Part shown: one piece after another, positions 22,101 through 33,400 of the stretch
Position numbering within the stretch: position 1 is the stretch's first letter
Layout: the number at the start of each line of letters is the position of its first letter
DNA from: Klebsormidium nitens
Taxonomy: Eukaryota > Plantae > Klebsormidiophyceae
Assembly (NCBI GenBank): GCA_000708835.1
Contig: DF236954.1
Coordinates: forward strand, 450,842-514,841
Direction: 5' to 3'
Length of the DNA: 64,000 nt
Position numbers and translations under genes: made by a program
Notes under the pieces: generated by a model
Told to the model about the DNA's origin: nothing
Database searches by the model: none
The model's input: the letters and a program-made list of their open reading frames with translations, nothing else

Positions 22101-25100
22101 GCCTGGAGATTTCTTCATGGGCTGGAGACTGATTTGTTGAGACTGATTTCTTGAGACTGATTTCTTGAGACTGATTTCTTGCGAGTCGGCGGCTGACCTG
22201 TAGATGGCGAGCTTCTCGTCGAAGGCGTCGACCCACTCGCGCTTGATCCGCTCCAGCTTGTGCAGCTTGCGCTTGTACTCCAGGATCTCCAGGTCCTGCA
22301 CCGTGACGGGGCCCGCGGGGGCGACCGCCTGCGTAGGAAAGTGCATAACTTATCAGTGTTTGGAAAATCCTTCCCGAGGAGACAGACAACATTCTTCCAG
22401 TCGCAGTGAGTATCCGACTTTGGAGACCCTTTACGAGCGGTCGAGAGCATTTTTGGAGTCGCAGTCCTAAAATCGATTTGCGGCGACCGTGCTCCAAGAA
22501 AATGATTCCGAACAACCTCAACTGGGACGTAGACTCTAACGATCCGACCAGGGTTTGAGGGGCACTCGTCATGCTGCATCCGACCAATCTCGGAGTGCCC
22601 TACGCTCTCGGTTGAAACGGGATTTCGAGCTGATTTCCGCAGTTTCTGCCTTCTGAGGTACATGCCACGGAGTCCTTGAATTTAGGTGTTTGCGAGCAGG
22701 CTCGGTCGCAAAAACATTTGGGAGACCGTCCGTGCGGGTTCTGAGTCCTTGCAAACTTCGACAAAGCGAGAAGGTTGGTACTGAGACGTCTCCTAGGATT
22801 TCGTCACAGCTCAGCCTGTGAGTTCTAAAGAGCACCAGCTAATCGTCATATGGCGAGTCTGGCGAAGAAATGACGGCGTGAAGCTTCCACGGCAGCACCC
22901 TTTGCAAAAACGACATGAAACTGCTTACTTGTGCTGTGGAGGGCCCCGGAGTTTCGTCGACCGGCACCACTTGAGTGCCTGCAGATACAAAAGACTGCTT
23001 CAGATCGTGCTCGCTTGTTGACCACCCGGCATCGAAAGGCATGACTAACCCAAAAGCGCATGACTTCCTCAAAAGTAGTATCCCAAACGCACGACTAACC
23101 AAAGGAATGCCTATCCCAAATGCATGGCTGACTCAAAGGCACGACTGGAAACAGGAACGGCTGACTAACCTGCGGCCTGCTCCGCTGCGGCGGGAGTCCC
23201 TGGAGCTGCGATTGGCAGTTCCGGTGCATCATCAGCCGGAAGGGACGGAAGCACGGAACCAGCCGAGGCCCACTGCAGAGAAAAGTGCGTAGATTAGATA
23301 CCGCAATTGACTTGCGGTGGTGGAAAAAACTATTCCGACGGCCCTTGCTTGTGGAAGACGTCTTGCACACGCCATCGAGTGCCGGGAAGTCAGCTCGCCG
23401 ATTGCAGACATAGGTGGACGTCCTTTGACTTCACAGGCCGTACAATCCCATCATCAACTTTGCCAATGGGCAAACGGAAGTGGTGAAAAGAAACCAGATC
23501 TGCAACTGCGCTGCACGATGTGTGATGCAGAAGCCAGTGACTGCATACTTTGAATCTTGTTCTACTAAACAGTCCAACGTAATATGAACAAATGTCGCGC
23601 TACGTGCGTTCGTCTCTACACACTACACAACCCCAACACCACGACCGGGGCAGACTTGCCAATCCCCCGGGGCAACTCACCGCCTGCTCGACCTCCTCTT
23701 CCGACGGCTCGTCCTCGTCCACCGTGACCGACAGCGCGGACACGGACGGCTTCAGCTCCAGGATCGACTTCATCGTCTGCGCAGCTTCCTCGGTCTTTGC
23801 TGCGGCCTCCTCGACGCCCTTCCGTGTGCGTTTCGTTGCACCTATAAACAAAGCGCGATTCCGTGGAACCTCAGCCACTCGGTGAGCAGCCGTTTGAAGT
23901 AGGCAGACAACAAGAGTCCCCATCATTCTCGCCGAGGGTTTCAGATCCAAAGTGGACTTCATCGTCTGTGCAGCTTCCTGGGTCTTCGCCAAACCTCCTC
24001 GACGCTCTTCCGTGTGCGTTTCGTTGAAACTGTGGCAAAGCGGACTTCTGCTAGCTTCCATTGTTGTCCAATTGCTCTGGCAAAGGACAGGACACGTGTG
24101 AGCGGCAATGGCGGAGCAGAGTTGTGCAGGGTAGGGACTTAAAAAGTGAGTGCGACATGCCGCAGCCTCTTTCCAGCCTTCCTTGTGCGCCTCTTACAAG
24201 TGGGGGTTTGGATGATTGCCAGGCATTTCGCGTTCATACGCTGATCAAGGGACTTTGCGGTAGAGCATATCAGCAGAATGATTTGCGGAAAGGTCGTTTT
24301 GAAATCGATCTTAAAACAACGTGGGTGAAACAGCCTGATTGACAAGAGAGAGACGGGCCATATCCGACAATCTTGGGGAGTACTTATGCAGCTACCTCTG
24401 CCCGGCTCGGGACATTTGTCTGCGAGCCAAAGCAAGAATCCCAGTTCTAGAAACGGGTGCGAAGGAAGAATTGCACCGGCAGGGGCTAATGGAGACGGCG
24501 AAGGTGCTTCAAACATCGCTGCAGCGAGAACTCAGCACAACAACTCACTTTCGAGGCGTGGCGTACCTTTGCCCTTCTCGACGTCGCCCTTCGCAGCCTA
24601 CAGAAGACGACAAAAGCGTTGTTACTTCGGACATCGCCACTTGATTAGCAAGCAACCTTTTTGAGACGTAAGGCCCGCAAAGAACCACCGGTCTAACTGG
24701 TGCGCAGAATCAAGAGCAAGGGTTATGGTTGCATGTTACGAGGAGTCCTCCGGATGTCGTCAACTTCGTCCCCACAAGATTTGTGACGTTTGCAATCACA
24801 CGTAGTGGTTGTCAAAAACAGTTTTAGAACCTGTGATGTCACCGACACCTATTGGACGTTCCTGCGCAGAGCCGCATTGCTTTGAGGTGTTGACAACGCT
24901 TGTGGACCCACATCAAGCGACTGCACAGCAATGCAAAGCGTCGTACCTTCGGGCTGCTGAAAGACGACTTCCGTTTCCGCTGCCCTTTACCTCCCTCAGC
25001 AGCTGGAGAAAGGTCGGTCCCCTTTCCGTTTGCTACACACGATGAACATGCTGTTAATTTGAGCTGTAGGGATCACGGCATCAGCACGCTGAGTTCCTGC

Positions 25101-28100
25101 GGACCAGTGGCCTTTTTCAACATGCGGACTGTTTTTCTCCCTGTTTTTCTTTGGTATCTTTCCCCCTTTCCCTACGGGAAGGAGTTACTTCTTTCCATTG
25201 CGATGCAAATCCCTCGGAGGCTTTGCTGTCAACGCACTTCAATCATTTGCAATGATTCTTTGCGGTGAATCCGAACCAACAACACAGATGAGTATGGAAG
25301 ATTGTGCACCAAAGCGTATGCGAGCAACGTCACGTCTAAGACGGCGGTTACAAAGTGTCCTCTAAGCGAAAGCTCAGCAGAAAGTTTGACTCGTTTGATA
25401 TCCTCAGAGAAAGCGAGCTTAGTCCCTCTCTCCCTACTCTAAAGGCGTTATGAGGTCGGGTAAACAGCAAAAGAGCGGCTTCAATCTGGACTTGGAACCC
25501 GCTGTCCTCCCCTCTACTCCAAAAAGCTAAGCTTTGCACAAGATCGACACGAGTGAGTATGGGGGCGCTCACCCTTTGGCTGGACCTCGCCCCTGATTGC
25601 AGCGGCCAGGTCCGCAATCTTCATCTGCAGAAACAAGGAGCGTTGAAAGCCGCTCTGAGCAGCAAAACAGCCTCATATCAAGAAAAGTAATGAGTGTGTC
25701 AGAAGAAACGTTCATCGACCTTTTGCCCTTAAGCAAAAGCTTCGAGTCATACTGACAATCTCGCCCGTGAGAAAGCCTGACTCCTACCTTGTGTTTCTGC
25801 ATGTCTAAACAAAAGCACTCTTGTACAGAACTTGTCCTTCTTCTTGTGCACGTCATCCACCCGCCCTCCATCAGAAAGAGCAAACACTCTCGGAAATCGG
25901 ACCCTTGATTCACAGTCACACTACAAGACGTGTAAGCCATCTCAATTTGTTATGCAAGTCAGTCTTCTGAGACCCGGACACACGAGAAGGTTTGAGACAA
26001 GAAGGCTCTGAGGAAAGGACAGGCTCCGGATTATGAAAATGTCACCTTCTTCTTCTCCACGTCATCCACCTTGCCCTCCGTCACGACGAGCGCCACGAGC
26101 GCCACCAGCCCGTGCGGCAGCGTGGCGACCCGGTCGGACACCAGGGCGTCCGAAAAGCCCAGCAGCTGGGTCCGAAGGTCGCCCAAGTCCCGCTTCTTGG
26201 CTTCCTCCGCGAGGGACGCCATGTGGCCTGGGGAGGACCGTCCGATGCGCCGGATGCGCTTGGCGATGGACGGCCAGTTGTCGGGGTTGGCGAGGATTTC
26301 GTCCAGGGTGGGGAGGTCGTCGGGAGCTGCACCAAAAGGAGGTGGCGGATCTGAACACGACCGTGACTTGCGTTGCTTTCAGGCCAGACCAACCGTGGGC
26401 TAGAAAACGATGGCGCTGCAAACCAGGTCCGCTGACTCGCCAATGAGCGGAAAGGCATCAGGAAAACTCTCAAGTACACGTTTGTTGTAGTCGGAGGAGT
26501 ACCAAAGGCAGAAGTAGACGGAGGAGATCGAAAAGCGAGCTCCAACTGCTAACAAGATAACGTACAAACCGGGTAAACACAAGGTGGTCGAGAACTCCTT
26601 CAACAGAGCTTGAAAAAATAGCCATACGCTGAGCAACAAACCCGAGGAAATCGTGCTCACGAAGATTTTGTCTTGACAGATCCTCCGAAGGAGCGGGACA
26701 GAGCGGGCATCCGTGCTATCGAAATGGCGCTTACAAAGACGGAAGATCCAAAATCCATCCGCCTCGAATGCGGCTCGCTTATGCATCACGCTCAGCAGTC
26801 AGCAAAGCTACTGCGACACTTTCTCGGTAAGGCAAAGTTGGTTATCCACAAGGAAAGAATCTCCTATGTAACGGATCGACGAAAGGAGCTCACCTTGCTC
26901 TGCTTCAGCAGGCTCCACAATTTTCACTGCATATACAAGCACTGAAAGTCATGCAAAGATGCTGACCAGCATCATTCCAGCAGATTTTGATTTTTGACAC
27001 AGCAACTGCGCGACGAGAGCGCAAAGCAAGGCCAAACTCAGAAGAGCCCAGACTACAGTAAATCAATCAGCTGAGCGACCCTTGCGATTCGCTTTCTTAA
27101 ACGTAATGGGTCGAGACGAGGCACGAGGTACTGCATATGAATACAGCATCTTCTTTCACGGCAAGTGGCACATCCTCCCAGACTGCCTATCGTTGGGCAA
27201 GCCTAGAGGCGGCTTTGCAAAAGCCAGGCAACACTTCTTTGTCTCCACGCTGGATGCAATAATCACCTTTCACGGTGCATGCCTTCTTCAGAGAAAGCCC
27301 CGAAGCAGGCTATGTACGCTGATAACTGCTGTGAAGTAAAGACAATAGCTCACCATCCGAGTCGGCAGACGGGTCCCTCTTCTTTGCAGAGCCGGTTTGT
27401 GGAGACGCAAGCGCCGAGCTCTTGCGCTTGCCGCGGCTTCCTGAGGCTTTGCCCGTTATGTCAAGGTCCTTCCGGATTTCCTCTGCAGAAGCAGAGCATT
27501 GTTGTTTCTTGACGTGCACAGGCTCACAGCAAAGTTTTGTAGTACAGAAGCGTATTACCACAGCGTGACATTTCCAATAATCAAGCTCCGGAGTAGGGAA
27601 GCTCTTTGTGAGTCACGAATGATGCTTCCTTCTGGTTCCATTGATCATCTCCTGTCAATCTCACGGGTGTGTGTACCTTTTATGTATTGTATGTGAATTG
27701 TAGAGGCAATAGAGATTGCAGGCAATTGAGATGCCAAAACTGTCCGCTCAATCTGGGCCAGTTCACAGCACTTCCATGCTAGAGGGTCTCGTCACCTGAG
27801 CTTGCAGGGATGTGCCACTCATATGAGTTCTGGATCTCCTCCACTTGCTCTGCCGGCAGGAGCAGCACGTCCCTGAGAAACGCTCCGACCGCCTTTTTAG
27901 AGCCAAACTCCGGGGCGTCAGGGTGCTTCCGGAAGCTGCATGGCAGCAGGACCGGTTATGGACGTAAGTACGTTCAGTTATTCCTGGCTGAAAGACAACA
28001 TAGTATGTCAGAAAATGAAAGGTGCATGACATTGACGGACTCAAAGCCCCAGTTACATAATTGGTTAATTGTTGGTCCATGTCGCTCTTCTCTTTCATGT

Positions 28101-29444
28101 GCCGATGGTGGGACTCAAACCAGACAGTAAAGCTGAAAGCCAAACGGCAAATTGAAATCTATATCCCAACCTAAAATGCAAACAAGATAATCTGTAACCT
28201 CAAGAGGGACACCAGAGCTAGCTTCGAACACAGATTTGAACCGTTCTTCCCCAGGGGACCTACCTGTCCACGTAACTGCCCTTGCCGCTGATCCTGGCCC
28301 TGGGTCCCACCCTCCAGCCCCACCCTGCAACAAGAAATCCTTTGTCGAGGCATCTGATCAACAAAGGTCAACCATATCCTGTACATGACTGCTGCTTGTG
28401 GCAAACCTCCTGATAGATTGGGGCCACTGCCACTAGCAAACTCCACAGAAATAGCACGGCTTTTCATCGTTCAGGTGGCCGGGCATCAACTCTGCTTCAT
28501 CCTGTGACAAAGCAAGAAGAGCAGCTGTCGTGTAACACTCAGTTGACTCCGCAGCATTGCCTGCAGATCATCACGCATGTGGCAGTTACTAACCTTGGGG
28601 TGCAAAAGGTGGCCCCTCGCCCCGGGAGTCACGGGGGACGCCATCGGAGTAGCCAGCCTGTTTGGCCAAGGCCATCAAATGATCCTGCTCACTAGTACCT
28701 GGCAGAAAACCAAGTTCACCATGCAATGTGAATCTCATTTGAAATCTCATCAATGTCTTGGTTAAGCAAAGCTGGTCAAGGGTCAGTTTACAGTGCTGAA
28801 AGGATGGATCTGCTCGTGGTCACGGGATTCTGCATTATCTGTTCTTCTCCCACGCTCCCATGCTTCTCCCAACACCCCTTGATTCTCAGCTGCGCTCCAC
28901 ATCTAAGGTTGAGGGCGAAACGATGCAGTGGACAGATGGCTGATTAAAAGTTCCTGGCCAGCTCTCTTTCTATTTAGAGCGAGAGGGATGAAATGCAAAT
29001 GGACAAAGAAGTTTGGTGATTGAAATTGTTAGCAGTGGTTTGAAGACCTTGACTCCACATGATCAAAGGCTCGTTGAAGAGGTGGTATGACAAAAATGCT
29101 GTTGGACATACTAGCAGTCAGTGCAAAAGTTTTTGTCAAGCAAGCGTTGAAGGCATGCGCGATGTCAAACGGCTAAAATTGCCAACAATGTACTTCTGCC
29201 ACGTGTCACCGAGCACAATGTGCAATGCAAACCTACCAGCGGGTGATCCAAATGCAGCAGCTGCAGCTACACCAGCCTCCGGTTGCTTCTCTGGGGTCTG
29301 CGTGGGCGTCTCCAAAGAGACTTTCTCATGCAGCATTTCAACAGAGACCTTTTCAAGCACTGTCCCGCCCACGTCAATTGCCTTCTCCTCTTCTTGGACC
29401 ACTGCCAGGTCCATCTCTGAGACGATGGTGATGCCTTCAGCCAT
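19164..29444 (-). CDS. Hypothetical coiled-coil protein (~547 aa), no family recognised
   Basis: Phase-consistent exons 29444-29237, 28698-28594, 27482-27354, 26326-26046, 25624-25573, 23841-23681, 22328-22198, 21565-21426, 20410-20180, 19369-19164 (TAG). Later exons are strongly GC3-rich. The E/K/Q/R-rich C-terminal half suggests coiled coil. An acceptor at 29451 implies an upstream 5'UTR exon. Extra small exons near 28264-28500 cannot be excluded. Confidence 0.75.
19555..20230 (-). repeat. Four decaying copies of coiled-coil exon-9 end plus donor (and a remnant of the last-exon start)
   Basis: CTCACCTTGGATCTGGTCCTC...TTGCGCCC..GCTTGACGTA real at 20175; copies at 20054, 19943, 19817 and 19661. 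Confidence 0.85.
20340..20925 (-). repeat. Three decaying copies of coiled-coil exon-9 acceptor plus exon start
   Basis: Real junction at 20410/20411 (CAG|CCCTGATCGGC...GAGCTGGCTAAGCCCAAG). Copies with AG retained at about 20589, 20752 and 20916. Confidence 0.85.
21282..21415. repeat. 67-bp intronic tandem duplication (2 copies, few mismatches)
   Basis: CTACATGA(A/G)AGACTGCAGATCTAAAG...GAGGCCGAGCAGAACTAGAGAAGGGCGAGCG at 21282 and 21349. Confidence 0.9.
22125..22180. repeat. 14-bp minisatellite x4
   Basis: GAGACTGATTT(C/G)TT repeated four times. Confidence 0.9.
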
Positions 29445-30454
29445 AGATTTCCTAGAGAATACAGAGAGAGATTTGCGACAGAGGTTTGTAAACATGCGCG
29501 CGTAATGCGTGCACCAGCGCACCTGATTCTAGGTTGGAATGCTGACCGCGTTTGCACCACTTCAGATTCAAAATCCTACTGATGGAAATGCAGATCACAA
29601 TGCCGCCCTCTTTGCTTGAAGGCTGAACTTGACGTTGAAGTTCGTGGCGACGTCCTCATGTGCGCCCCTCATGCAGGCTCAGCTGGAGCCCTGCAGGCTG
29701 CAGGCTGCAGGCTGCAGTCGACTGTCGAGTGCATGAAGTCAAGGGTTTTCCGCTTCCTGTATGGTTCCGCCGGATCGAAAGCGATTCTAGCGCTATATGA
29801 GACAGCCGGAGCGAAGCGACCGCAGCTTGGCAAACCCACCAAACCTGTCGTTGACCATTTTTGGCCGCAGATGCCAGATATTACACCAAGTCGCCCGCAG
29901 GGCCGGCCGGCGCAGGCGGCAGAACCTCGCGCCTGGGCAGACTTCTGGTTAGGTGGTAACTTGTTCAAGCAGCATCGGGTTATCCAGCATTGGTCGCCAT
30001 CCAGGGCGTTGGAGGAGGAAGGGCTTCATCTGTGTGCACCATACCAGTATACCGTAGAGGCTAGAGGCTAGAGGCAGAAGTCAGGGCGCGATCAGGAAGC
30101 GCCTACGCAAGCTCGAGGGAGACCTGATTAGAGCCACTGTAGCCCGCAGCAATTGGAAGATGCTCAAATGTTCCCTTGAAATTGCGCTTGGGGGATTTCA
30201 AACCAAGATTTGTGCAGAGCGGCGGGGTTGCCTAGGCGAGGAATAGGGGGGGTTGCATGCTGCCCCAGGGGCTGCCCAGTGGGAGCAGTGCAGGGATCCG
30301 ACTCAGATCGCGAGATCCTAGCCGAGGCACATCTCCCGCTTGGCAGGATTCCGGAAGTGACTCTGATCCAGAGCCAGTAATCAGGCCCTCGGCCGCTGGA
30401 CGAGGGAGACGGCAGAAGTTGGCAGAGTGGGTCAAGAAAAGGAGGGAGGCAATT

Positions 30455-33400
30455 ATGGCGCACGGAGGGCCGAAGGGGCCTTTGCCTCATGTCCCGAAGA
30501 CAATGGAAATGTTCCGATCGGAGGAGATGCAATTGGTCCAGCTTATTATCCCTGCTGAGGCTGCACATGAGACGGTGTCCTATCTGGGGGACATTGGCCT
30601 GCTCCAGTTTAAAGATGTGAGCATTGTTGCCCTGGAAGTGCTTGATTTGATGTGTGTAGCCGAATTCTATTGCTAGAGTGAAGCATCATTCACCTGGAAC
30701 TGGCAGCTGCAGCACCTGCTCTGAATGCAGATTGAATGCTCTGATCGAGCTCCAGAACTTGCACTTGTTGCTTTCTTGCGCGCGCTCTTCTTTACTTGTT
30801 GCCTGATTCTGAAGATGTTCTCTTTGACAGTTGAATGCTGACAAGAGCGCCTTTCAGAGGACCTATGCCAACCAGGTAAGAACGACATTGATCGAGTACA
30901 CATGGTCAATCCCCTTCTGTTTTGCACGGTGAATACTCTCATCTAGTTCGTTACTGTGACATATGCTGAGGCACCTGTGCGATGTAAAACTGCTTTTAGC
31001 TTCCTTCATGTATGTAAGCATCATTGAGTGTCTGCCTCTCTTTTGAATCTGTGAAAGTACGGGCCTCTTGGATGTTGTCGAGCTCGTTGCGATGAGCATA
31101 ACGTGTGCTGCAGGTCAAGCGATGTGCTGAGATGGCGAGGAAGTTGCGCTTCTTTAAGGATCAGATACAGAAGGCTGACCTCCGGATCAGCACAGGCGGC
31201 ACTACTGAAAAAGAATTGGATCTGGACGAACTAGAGGTGCGTGTCAGCAAGCCGTCAATCATGAAACTTGGTCATCCGCAGAAGCGTCTTCTCCACTTAC
31301 ATGTTCTTCGGTCAGCGAAACTAGGTGTAAGGCAAGCGATGCCTTGTCCATCCAAAGCATTGCTCTGTGTTCCTGTTAGAAAGTCCGCTTGTTGCTGTTC
31401 TCGCCTTTAGGTGCAGATTTTATGGTTTGCGTTTATCGAAGCGTGACGTCCACCTGCAGGGCAAGCTCACGGAACTTGAAACGGAGCTTCTTGAGATCAA
31501 CTCCAACAGCGAGAAGTTGAGGAGGAGCCAAAGCGAGCTGGTTGAACTGAAGCTTGTCCTTGAGAAGGTGAGGTTTCTATGGCGTTGAGCACCTGAGTTT
31601 GCGAAATTGATGGTTTTGTGAAACTATCCGCATTGTTGTCACGCTGTTGTCTGATAGCTTTAAAGCCTAACAGAAGCTTACGCTCTACTTTTTGCTGGCC
31701 AGGCTGGGAGTTTCTTCACGCAAGCAAGGGATGGGGCTGCTGTACAGCAACGTGAGCTGGAGGACTCTGTGGTAGCATCTGAGTCGATGGACAGCCCCCT
31801 GCTTCTGGAACAGGTAAGCTATCAACCAGCGCATCATGCTTCAGATGATACCCCTGAAAGTGGTTTCAGGGGAATACGCTAGTGGGAGTAGGCCCTTCTG
31901 AATTGTGTGTCAGATCTGAAGGTTTACTGCAGGCGCAAGCACTGCAGCGATGGTTCTAGTTTTTCTTTGCAATGGCTCTTATGAGCGCAAGTTCTGGAAC
32001 TTTCTCCCTTTTTGCACTGACAGTGCTTGTTCGTTCGCAGGAGATGCAGACGGACCCGTCCAAGGTCGTCAGGCTCGGCTTTGTTACGGGGCTGGTTCCT
32101 AAGGCCAAGTCGATTACTTTCGAGCGTGTGCTCTTCAGGGCAACGAGAGGCAACATGTTCCTTCGACTTGCTCCTGTGGAGACCCCAGTGATTGACCCGC
32201 AGACGGGAGAAAAGGTCAGTCACCAACAGGCGGCTGCACCTAGGCAGCCAGCAGAACTCACTTGAGCAAGATGTCTGTAGGGTCAGGGGGCCCAGCTCTT
32301 GGTTCAACATCCTGCATTGTCCAAATTCTCTAGACGACATTTGCTTTGCATCCCATGGATGCGGTTGAAGAGGTTGTTCGATACTCGCAGCTTGGGATTT
32401 TCACTTCTTCAAGTTGCCCATCCTGCTTCATGGACCCTTACTTCAAAACTGAATGCTTAACTTATTGTGGTTGTACTCAACCTTTGTGGTGTTAGCAGTC
32501 TACCTTACGCTTGGGAGTGCTAGACCGGGCTTGAAATCAACCGTACAGACGTTTGAGCGTACATGTGTCTTTGCGATTCTGCAGGTGGAGAAGTGCGTCT
32601 TTGTCGTCTTCTTTGCTGGTGAGAGGGCTCGCACAAAGATTCTCAAGATCTGCGAGGCCTTTGGGGCGAACCGCTACCCCTTCCCAGAGGATCCAGCCAA
32701 GCAGAGGCAGATGATGGCAGAGGTAACAAACATTGATTTCGTTTCCGGTTGACAATCTGACTTTTGTCAACCTCTCTTACCAGGGAATTTTACACTTTCT
32801 GCATTTCTCATGACTGCACCTTCAGACTGCTTCAGAGCATTCTCTCATCAGCTTTGAGAATACCCTTGCTTGCATGTGGAAGAGACTTCTATGCTGGTGC
32901 CTAAGCTTCTTGCAGTGTGCTTGATCCGACACCTCAATGTGTTGGATTGCAAGACACCTAACACAGTTTGTCAATTTAAGCCTGTACATTCACTGGTCCT
33001 CAGGTGACCGCTCGCCTCTCCGAGCTGGAGACCACCATCGAGGCTGGCGACCGCCACCGTGACAATGTCCTCACCAGCACTGCATATCAGATCGAGACGT
33101 GGACCGCGCTCGTCCGGCGCAAGAAGGCGATCTATCACACGCTTAACATGCTCAGCATTGATGTCACCAGGAAGTGCCTGGTGGCTGAGGGCTGGTGCCC
33201 AGTTTTTGCAAAGCCCAAGGTGAGGGATTGTAGTATGTCTTAAGAAGGGCACTTTTCTGGATGCTCTGATCCTCAGATGTGCTTCGGAAAGAGTCGTCCA
33301 CTTGCTTCTTTTTCTTGGTATGCTCAGGAAGTAGGCTTCTGGTCTTCCGTGAGACTGATAATCAGTCCATCCTCTGCTAGTCATTTGTGCTATCTGGAAA

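Noticed and set aside
19164-22328. Considered a known family (e.g. seryl-tRNA synthetase arm) for the coiled-coil exons
   Set aside because: No catalytic motifs; the protein ends at QGVV* right after the coiled coil.
28264-28324. Candidate 61-nt exon (CAG...GTAGG) in the coiled-coil gene
   Set aside because: Its length breaks the phase 1-1 continuity between 28594 and 27482 unless paired with another exon I could not define.
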